Source of the DNA: a virus
Taxonomy: Duplodnaviria > Caudoviricetes
DNA length: 29,884 nt
IMG/VR virus record: IMGVR_UViG_3300034965_000040
Span: 1 to 29,884 of that record
Direction: 5' to 3' (one strand)
Part shown: piece after piece, positions 1-6,050 of the stretch
How positions within the stretch are numbered: the stretch's first letter is position 1
Layout: each line of letters starts with the position of its first letter
The notes under the pieces: generated by a model
The model's input: the letters and a program-made list of their open reading frames with translations, nothing else
The model's database searches: none
What the model was told of the DNA's origin: nothing
Translations under genes and position numbers: made by a program

Positions 1-180
1 GACTATGTTGAAAACCCCATGGGTCATCAGTGGCAAGAAAACGACGATGGAAACGGGGTTGATTTCATGGCTATGGACGCTTGGCCCGACTTCCACAATG
101 GTCCCCGATGCGTGAAGTGCGGCTACACCTTTTGCGAGCATTGCACCCCCCGCCCCATCGAACCGTGCCCCAAACCGTAA
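1..180 (+). CDS. 5'-truncated small Cys-rich (zinc-finger-like) phage protein
   Basis: Frame 1 open from base 1 to TAA 178-180: ...DFHNGPRCVKCGYTFCEHCTPRPIEPCPKP*, two CxxC pairs. Confidence 0.7.
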   Translation, partial: DYVENPMGHQWQENDDGNGVDFMAMDAWPDFHNGPRCVKCGYTFCEHCTPRPIEPCPKP

Positions 181-213
181 CTGTCCACATTCACACCCCT
201 CCCTGGAGCCTCT

Positions 214-522
214 ATGGACCTCGTTAAACACCTTCGCCGTCAGATGGCTTTCTCGCTCAAAAACTTCGGTCCCGGTAATCGGACCCAAGGCGTCATCGAC
301 CACATCCGAAAGGAACTAGGGGAGATTGAAGCCGCCCCGCACGACCTGGAGGAATGGGTCGATGTGGTCCTGCTGGCGCTCGATGGCGCATGGCGCTCCG
401 GGCATACCCCCGAGCAGATCGCCGCTGGCATCGAAGCCAAGATGACCAAGAACGAGGGGCGCAGTTATCCCGACTGGCGCACCGCTGATCCCAACAAAGC
501 CATCGAGCACATCCGCGCCTAG
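214..522 (+). CDS. DUF550 family dATP/dGTP pyrophosphohydrolase (MazG-like fold)
   Basis: FGPG..GVIDHIRKELGEIE..PHDLEEWVDVVLLALDGAWRSG..K..KN..R.YPDW..AIEHIR is the characteristic DUF550 pattern; GGAG SD upstream. Confidence 0.9.
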   Translation: MDLVKHLRRQMAFSLKNFGPGNRTQGVIDHIRKELGEIEAAPHDLEEWVDVVLLALDGAWRSGHTPEQIAAGIEAKMTKNEGRSYPDWRTADPNKAIEHIRA

Positions 523-565
523 CGCGTATGTCCAGGAGGTACCTGGACCACGAAAGGAGAACCCC

Positions 566-664
566 GTGAAAAACATCAAGTGGTTCCGCAAGCACATCAA
601 CCGATGGAACAAGGCCCATGCCCGCCGCGCCCGCTGGACCTCCCGTTTCGCCAATCAGCAGTAG
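566..664 (+). CDS. 32-aa basic Arg/Lys/Trp-rich microprotein
   Basis: AAAGGAG SD then GTG; MKNIKWFRKHINRWNKAHARRARWTSRFANQQ*; fills the gap between neighbours (below ORF-track cutoff). Confidence 0.6.
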   Translation: MKNIKWFRKHINRWNKAHARRARWTSRFANQQ

Positions 665-708
665 ATGTCCACTCGCTCCACCTTCCAACCATCGAAAGGA
701 ACCACCCC

Positions 709-993
709 ATGACCACAGAAGAAGCCATCGCCCTAGCCGGAACCAAGTTCTGGGAGAAGATGACGCCCCGGGAAATCGCCACCTTCCAGATGCACGAGGA
801 AAAGCTGTGTATGCCTTTTGGTGTATTCCACAAGGCTATCGAGGAAGCCCTTGGGCGACCCGTCTGGACCCATGAATTTGGGCTCAACGCGGAAGGCATC
901 AAAAAGGAACTGGCTGGCGATGCACCCATGCCAACCATGACCGAAATCCTCAACCTCATCCCCGCTGAAAAGCGAATCGTGGTCGGCATCTAG
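709..993 (+). CDS. Hypothetical phage protein (94 aa)
   Basis: AAAGGA SD before ATG 709; MTTEEAIALAG...LCMPFGVFHKAIEEALGRPVWTHEFG; start trimmed from the track ORF 580..993. Confidence 0.8.
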   Translation: MTTEEAIALAGTKFWEKMTPREIATFQMHEEKLCMPFGVFHKAIEEALGRPVWTHEFGLNAEGIKKELAGDAPMPTMTEILNLIPAEKRIVVGI

Positions 994-1021
994 CCGAGCA
1001 TGTCCAGATGCGGGAGGCACC

Positions 1022-1198
1022 GTGAAGCCTAAATTCATCATCTGCGATGTCACTGCACCCGCTGTATGTGCGTTCTGTCAGAAGGTCAAAGAACTGCGCC
1101 CCTATGGACCTCAGGGGCAGTCGATCTGTTTTGACTGTGCGATGCACGATGAGAAAACAACCGGCAAGCAATTTTTGAAACGATTCGAGCAGGCGTGA
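1022..1198 (+). CDS. 58-aa CxxC...CxxC zinc-finger microprotein
   Basis: GGGAGG SD then GTG; MKPKFIICDVTAPAVCAFCQKVKELRPYGPQGQSICFDCAMHDE...QA*. Confidence 0.8.
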   Translation: MKPKFIICDVTAPAVCAFCQKVKELRPYGPQGQSICFDCAMHDEKTTGKQFLKRFEQA

Positions 1199-1221
1199 AG
1201 CTGTCCAGGAGGCCTACCGCC

Positions 1222-1467
1222 ATGGAACGAACCCGATTGCCAGTCTGCCCGAGGTGCCGCAGTAAGCACCTCCTGCTGGCTGAAAAAACGGAGTGCTGGA
1301 CCACTTTTGAGATCGGACCAGACCAGCAGGTTGATTGGGGTGATGGCTCCCTAGAACCAGGGGCAACGGCAGGCGTTTGGGGTGAGTGCATGAATGCCGC
1401 CTGTCGCCACAAATGGCGAATCAAGGGCGTTGTCAACGTCCTGGTTTTTGAACAAATCACGGACTAA
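1222..1467 (+). CDS. Zinc-ribbon-like hypothetical protein (81 aa)
   Basis: AGGAGG SD; CPRC near the N-terminus and CMNAAC near the C-terminus. Alternative in-frame GTG at 1195 overlaps the upstream stop. Confidence 0.8.
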   Translation: MERTRLPVCPRCRSKHLLLAEKTECWTTFEIGPDQQVDWGDGSLEPGATAGVWGECMNAACRHKWRIKGVVNVLVFEQITD

Positions 1468-1485
1468 TCATGCCCAGGAGGCGCG

Positions 1486-1650
1486 ATGCCCCGCAAGCAC
1501 CGCAAGCGAACCCCGTCCCTGGACCTCCAGGCGTTCCGCAAGCGGATCCTGTTCACCGCTTATTGCTGCCTGTGGGACATGGAACCTGGTTTCAGCCCCC
1601 ACGCACCCACCCAACCCGGTTTCCGCGCCTTTTACTACTTCGGCGCCTGA
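1486..1650 (+). CDS. 54-aa hypothetical microprotein
   Basis: AGGAGG SD 4 nt before ATG; MPRKHRKRTPSLDLQAFRKRILFTAYCCLWD...FYYFGA*. Confidence 0.55.
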   Translation: MPRKHRKRTPSLDLQAFRKRILFTAYCCLWDMEPGFSPHAPTQPGFRAFYYFGA

Positions 1651-1657
1651 GCCCGCC

Positions 1658-1750
1658 ATGAACGAAATCATCTACTACTTCGCGGTGATCTGCCTGACCG
1701 GCGCTTACTGGTTCTGGCAGCGCGAGTGCCACGAAGACCGCAGCAACTAA
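1658..1750 (+). CDS. 30-aa single-TM microprotein
   Basis: MNEIIYYFAVICLTGAYWFWQRECHEDRSN*; hydrophobic stretch; no clear SD. Confidence 0.5.
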   Translation: MNEIIYYFAVICLTGAYWFWQRECHEDRSN

Positions 1751-1764
1751 GGCAAAGGAACACC

Positions 1765-3612
1765 GTGACAGATTTCCCCAATCTCTCCTCTTGCGACGAA
1801 GCAGGCATCGACAGTGAAACCACGGGCCTATCGTGGGTGCATGATCGCATTTTCGGCTTTTCACTTTCGCTGCCCAACGGGGAAGACTTCTATTGGGACG
1901 TGCGGCGAACTCCCCAGGCACTTGACTGGGCACGCGAGGAATTTCCAAAAATCAAACAACCCATCTTTTTCAACGAAAAATTCGATAAGCACTTTTTCCT
2001 AAACGAGGGAATCGAACTTAACGACACCAACGCACACGACGCAGCCGTAGCTGCGGCCCTCATCGACGAACACCTGGACGAATACAATCTGGAATTCCTT
2101 GCAGCCCGCTACACTACCGAACGCAAACTCACGAGCATCTACCAACAGCTCGCGGACATCTTCGGCGGCAAAGCCACCAAGACCCAGATGAAGAACCTCC
2201 AGCATGCGCCATTCGAATTAGCGTCCGTCTATGCCAAGGCCGACACCCGAGCCACCTTCGCACTGCGCCAAGCGCAAAAGCCACTCCTGGCGAAGGAGCA
2301 GCTAGAGCGCGTCTACGCCATGGAAATGCAGCTCACCCCTGTTCTCTTCGCCATGGAGCGTCGCGGCGCACGAGTAAACATAGCGGGCACGGAGAAGGCC
2401 ATCCAGGACATCACCGAAGTCATCGCCCGCCGCCAGCAGAAGCTCAACTACGAAGCCGGAAGCGTCGTCAACGCCAACTCCTCCGCGCAGCTCATCAAGC
2501 TCCTCGATCCCCGCCCCCATCCGAGTGGGCGGGGATTCGAGTTGCCGGATGGCACGTTCGTGCCGGCGACGAAGGGAGGCAAGCCGTCTATGAACAAGGA
2601 CGTGCTGATGAAGACTTCGCTGCCCATGGGCAAGCTGATCCGCGGGCTGAAAAACGCGATGAAGACCCGTGACACGTTCCTGGTGGGCCATATCCTTGGG
2701 CACCAGGTCAACGGCTACGTTCATGCGAACTTCAATCAGACGCGCATCGTGGACGAGGACGGGGACGAATACGGCGCGACCTCGGGCCGCTTGTCGTGCA
2801 ACAATCCCAACCTTCAGCAGATCAGCAAGCGCGACCCCGAAATGGGGGCCATCGTGCGATCCCTGTTCCTGCCTGACGAAGGCCAGGAGTGGTGCTGCAG
2901 AGACTGGAGCCAGATGGACTTTCGGATCATGGCCCATTATCTGGATAGCCCCTCGATCAACAAGAAATACGACGAGGACCCGAACACCGATTTCCATTCG
3001 CTGGTGGCCTCGTTTACCGGCCTTCCGCGTTCTGCGACACCTGGCATCAAGGGTGACGCCAAGGCCATCAACCTGGGGCTCTGCTTCGGCATGGGCCAGG
3101 GCCGCATGGCCCAGGAGATGGGCTTGCCTTACACCGAGGAGCTGCGCAATGACGGCTCCGTGTGGAAGAAGGCAGGCCCCGAGGCCGAAGAGATTTTCGC
3201 GACCTACCACCGCAACGTGCCTGGCGTGAAGGCCATGCTCATGGAGATGACGGCGGTCGCGAAGTCCCGCGGGTTCGTTCGCACGGGCTTCGGCAGGCGC
3301 ATCCGGTTTCCTCGCGGAGAGAAAGCCTACAAGGCCGGTGCCATGATCTTCCAGGGCACTGCGGCGGACGCGTTGAAGTTGAAGTTGATCGCGGTTCACG
3401 GTATGCTCAAGGACACGGGGAGCCGCCTGATCGTGAACGTCCACGACGAATTCGATGTGAGCTTGACCCCTGGCCCTGCCGGACGGGAATTGTCTGATGC
3501 GATGGGCCATGTCGTCGAGACCTTCGATGGTGTGACGTGCCCCTTGAAACTAAACGTGCCTATCCGATCCTCGGTGGGCTATGGCACCAATTGGTGGGAG
3601 GCGTGCAAATGA
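1765..3612 (+). CDS. polA: Family A DNA polymerase with 3'-5' exonuclease (no 5' nuclease), DpoZ-like
   Basis: ExoI DSETTGL, ExoII FFNEKFD, ExoIII YAKAD; TSGRLSCNNPNLQQI; motif A DWSQMDFRIMAHY; motif B KAINLGLCFGMG; QGTAAD; motif C VHDE. GTG start after AAAGGA. Confidence 0.96.
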   Translation: MTDFPNLSSCDEAGIDSETTGLSWVHDRIFGFSLSLPNGEDFYWDVRRTPQALDWAREEFPKIKQPIFFNEKFDKHFFLNEGIELNDTNAHDAAVAAALIDEHLDEYNLEFLAARYTTERKLTSIYQQLADIFGGKATKTQMKNLQHAPFELASVYAKADTRATFALRQAQKPLLAKEQLERVYAMEMQLTPVLFAMERRGARVNIAGTEKAIQDITEVIARRQQKLNYEAGSVVNANSSAQLIKLLDPRPHPSGRGFELPDGTFVPATKGGKPSMNKDVLMKTSLPMGKLIRGLKNAMKTRDTFLVGHILGHQVNGYVHANFNQTRIVDEDGDEYGATSGRLSCNNPNLQQISKRDPEMGAIVRSLFLPDEGQEWCCRDWSQMDFRIMAHYLDSPSINKKYDEDPNTDFHSLVASFTGLPRSATPGIKGDAKAINLGLCFGMGQGRMAQEMGLPYTEELRNDGSVWKKAGPEAEEIFATYHRNVPGVKAMLMEMTAVAKSRGFVRTGFGRRIRFPRGEKAYKAGAMIFQGTAADALKLKLIAVHGMLKDTGSRLIVNVHDEFDVSLTPGPAGRELSDAMGHVVETFDGVTCPLKLNVPIRSSVGYGTNWWEACK

Positions 3613-3770
3613 TCGTGCCCCAGGTTTACTACAGCGGCATTTTCCTGAATGCCAGTTCCGAAGAACGACGTTGCCACAAGTGCGAAATGCTCATCCGCAT
3701 AGACGACACCGCGTTTAGGCTGGTGGTCCCCAACGAACCCACCCGCTACACCTGTCTTAGCTGCCTCTAG
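3609..3770 (+). CDS. 53-aa zinc-finger microprotein
   Basis: ATGA overlap with the polymerase stop; CHKC...CLSC. Confidence 0.7.
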   Translation: MIVPQVYYSGIFLNASSEERRCHKCEMLIRIDDTAFRLVVPNEPTRYTCLSCL

Positions 3771-3780
3771 GAGAACCACC

Positions 3781-4071
3781 ATGCGCGACGCAATAGAATT
3801 GATCACGAAACTGCGGCAAGGCGTTTTCACGGGGGCCGACAAGGCGCTGGCCGTGGAGGAACTGAAACTCCAGACATCGCCCACCAACGAAATGAGGAAC
3901 ACCGCCATTGCCGTCTATTCCGGCCAGGAGGTGGAGCAGTTCTACCTGGGCCGATTTGAGGCGTGGATCGACGAACATATCCACCGCACCTACCCACGGC
4001 TGCCCGATTCCAATCTCGCCGTGGCCCAGGTGGGCCAACGCAAGCCTTACCCCTGGGAGGTGAAGCGATGA
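3781..4071 (+). CDS. Hypothetical protein (96 aa)
   Basis: AGGAG SD, ATG, compact operon position. Confidence 0.75.
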   Translation: MRDAIELITKLRQGVFTGADKALAVEELKLQTSPTNEMRNTAIAVYSGQEVEQFYLGRFEAWIDEHIHRTYPRLPDSNLAVAQVGQRKPYPWEVKR

Positions 4072-4283
4072 CGCGGCCCTCGTTCTACGCCCAGGTGGGC
4101 CTTACCGGAACCATTCTCCGCTTCAACACGCCCTCTGAGCGGGATACCTGGGTGGCCCAGCTCGCCCAAATTCGCCGGTCCCTGACCGGGAAAGAACTAT
4201 TCCCCAATTCCCGCAGGCAAGCCCGCGCACGATGGGCCGCCACGTCGAACCCGCAGGTACAGTTCCTGATCGCGGAGAGCTGA
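4068..4283 (+). CDS. Hypothetical protein (71 aa)
   Basis: GGAGGT SD; ATGA overlap with the previous stop; MTRPSFYAQVGLTG... Confidence 0.7.
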   Translation: MTRPSFYAQVGLTGTILRFNTPSERDTWVAQLAQIRRSLTGKELFPNSRRQARARWAATSNPQVQFLIAES

Positions 4284-4284
4284 C

Positions 4285-4395
4285 ATGGGCTGCATCGGCT
4301 TTGGCTTCTACCTGCTCCTGTGGCTCATCTGTTGGCCCGTCGCATTGGCCGTGACCGTCGTGGTCGGGGGATGGAAGCTGATGAGGATGAAATGA
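4285..4395 (+). CDS. 36-aa membrane microprotein
   Basis: MGCIGFGFYLLLWLICWPVALAVTVVVGGWKLMRMK*; GGAG upstream; its TGA overlaps the ATG at 4392. Confidence 0.65.
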   Translation: MGCIGFGFYLLLWLICWPVALAVTVVVGGWKLMRMK

Positions 4396-5075
4396 TCGCC
4401 GCACTCTATGTCGAAACCAACGGGTGCTACTTCAATCTCCCAGGGGTTGACCCATGGGACATCCACCGGGATGCCAGGCGCTACGCTGGCCCTCACCCCG
4501 TGGTCGCGCACCCGCCCTGCCAGCGTTGGGGCCGTTTCTCAGAAGGCCACATGAAGATCAAGGGCAAGGTGACCGGCGACGATGAAGGCTGCTTTGCCGC
4601 TGCCCTGGAATCCCTTCGGACCTTCGGTGGGGTGCTGGAACACCCGGCCCATTCAAAGGCTTGGCCTGCTTTCGGAATCCCGACCCCTGCCAACCAAGGC
4701 TGGACCCGGATCAGCATGACCAATTCGTTCTGTCTCTGGGTCTGTGAAGTGGAGCAGGGGCATTACGGTCATGTCGCCCGGAAGAAAACATGGCTCATCT
4801 TCGCCGGGGTTGTGATGCCGCCCGAACTGATCTGGGGCCGGTCTGAGCAGCGCCTCCCGGCCAAGCGGCTGGCAGAGCGTGGTTATGAATCAGCCAGGCG
4901 ATGCGGGGCCGTGGCGAACCAGTCCTCCCGCCAGCGTCAACGGACCCCCCCGCAGTTCCGCGATCTTCTGCTTTCCCTCGTCCGGCCGCTTGACGGTGGG
5001 GACGAAAACGATCACCACCCCAGCACGGCCAACCCGCACACACGTAACGCGGTCTCGCCTGCATCGGTGGAGTAG
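4392..5075 (+). CDS. Minimal DNA cytosine-C5-methyltransferase-like protein
   Basis: AHPPCQRW (motif IV PC), VLEHP (motif VI ENV-like), EQGHYGHVARKKTW (motif VIII-like). No FxGxG motif I. ATGA-coupled start. Confidence 0.65.
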   Translation: MIAALYVETNGCYFNLPGVDPWDIHRDARRYAGPHPVVAHPPCQRWGRFSEGHMKIKGKVTGDDEGCFAAALESLRTFGGVLEHPAHSKAWPAFGIPTPANQGWTRISMTNSFCLWVCEVEQGHYGHVARKKTWLIFAGVVMPPELIWGRSEQRLPAKRLAERGYESARRCGAVANQSSRQRQRTPPQFRDLLLSLVRPLDGGDENDHHPSTANPHTRNAVSPASVE

Positions 5076-5119
5076 GTGCGGCACCTCGGGGGGTCAGAGA
5101 TCCGTCCACCAGTCGCACC

Positions 5120-5146
5120 AAGGGGCCTCTTGACGAGGCCCTTTTT
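5120..5146 (+). terminator. Intrinsic terminator of the early operon
   Basis: GGGCCTC-TTGAC-GAGGCCC hairpin followed by TTTTT. Confidence 0.85.
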
Positions 5147-5158
5147 CTATTCTACATT
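5130..5158 (+). promoter_or_regulatory. Sigma70-type promoter embedded in the terminator
   Basis: TTGACG (5130-5135), 17-nt spacer, TACATT (5153-5158). Confidence 0.6.
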
Positions 5159-5163
5159 GGAGG

Positions 5164-5338
5164 TCTTCGAGCCAAGGGGGCGTTATGAAGTAGCCCGCTG
5201 AGACGTGCAAGCGCAGCTCCTCAAGCTAACCTGGAGGCGTTATGTGAACCGGCAAGGGCCAGAGCAGCCCAAAGTAGCTCCCATTTGATGATTGATTTAC
5301 CCTTGAGAGCAAAAGGCCCCGTGACGACGGGGCCTTTT
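5164..5338 (+). ncRNA. Putative ~175-nt small RNA carrying two minigenes
   Basis: Bounded by a promoter and a terminator; no credible protein ORF; tandem GGRGGCGTTATG units; several predicted stems. Confidence 0.5.
5311..5338. terminator. Bidirectional intrinsic terminator
   Basis: AAAAGGCCCCGT-GACG-ACGGGGCCTTTT perfect inverted repeat with a U-tract on both strands, just past the last lysis gene. Confidence 0.9.
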
Positions 5339-5354
5339 CAATGCCTGCGGGGGA

Positions 5355-6050
5355 TCACCAGCGGAACAGCAAATGCGCCCGTGCATCCCACGCGGACCCC
5401 GTGAGCGTGTTCTTCACGGCCACCTCCCCACCCACCCGGAACATGGCCATGTCCCGCTGCACGATCACCCCCATGACCCCGTCCGTACCGTAGAGCAGCC
5501 CCACCGCATTGGGCTTCACCTGGGACAACGCGGCCTTCAGGGCGACCTGGGAGTGCCCTGTGGCCTCTTCCTGCTTTCCAAACGCCGCCTTCCACTGGCC
5601 AGCGGACCCCTGAGCTGCTTCGGCAGCCACCCGATAGCCCTCAGCCTCACGCTCCCGCCCGGCGACGGCTTCCGTGAGCCCCGGCACCCGCAACGCCTCC
5701 TTGCCCCATTTCCAGACGACTGGGGCGTCCTCCACGGCGATTTGCGCAGGTCTCAGCAGCCCCATCCGTACCAGTTCCGGCACGAGCAAGGGAAGGGGCG
5801 GGGGATCGCCGACGGGAGGAGGTAACGGAACCCTTGCCTTTCGAGCAGTTTCCGCAGCGGCCCAGGCGACTTTGGCCACTTCCTCCATGGCCTGGGCCTG
5901 GCCCTTGAGCACTTTGGCCTCGCCAATCGCCACCGTGGCCCGGTCGGACTCGACCTTGACCCGCCGCGCCTGGTATGCGTAACCGATCAGCGCAGCCGCG
6001 AGGGCTGCGCTGAGTAACCCGATGCCTGCTTGGGTCCAAGTCACTCTCAC
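5355..6050 (-). CDS. Spanin-like lysis protein (N-terminal TM, Ala-rich helices, C-terminal beta strands)
   Basis: Last gene of the lysis cassette; GTGA-coupled to the holin; TM GIGLLSAALAAALIGYAY; coiled-coil-like middle; ends ...HLLFRW. Confidence 0.6.
   Translation of the reverse strand: MRVTWTQAGIGLLSAALAAALIGYAYQARRVKVESDRATVAIGEAKVLKGQAQAMEEVAKVAWAAAETARKARVPLPPPVGDPPPLPLLVPELVRMGLLRPAQIAVEDAPVVWKWGKEALRVPGLTEAVAGREREAEGYRVAAEAAQGSAGQWKAAFGKQEEATGHSQVALKAALSQVKPNAVGLLYGTDGVMGVIVQRDMAMFRVGGEVAVKNTLTGSAWDARAHLLFRW

Noticed and set aside
182-1476. Integron attC array or CRISPR array
   Set aside because: Shared motif is only 6-11 bp, with no GTTRRRY/RYYYAAC boxes or regular spacers; no integrase or cas gene in the window.
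2302-3510. 402-aa - strand ORF
   Set aside because: Antisense shadow of the DNA polymerase.
4024-4101. 13-bp direct repeat GCCCAGGTGGGCC (AQVG in two adjacent genes)
   Set aside because: Two copies of a short GC-rich word made of common codons; no further support.
5049-5120. tRNA-like element ending in ACCA
   Set aside because: No 7-bp acceptor stem, no TTCRA T-loop, no anticodon arm.
5176-5283. tmRNA or tRNA-Ala (GGGGC...AGCTCC acceptor-like pairing)
   Set aside because: No CCA end or T-arm and far too short for tmRNA; kept only as part of the sRNA finding.
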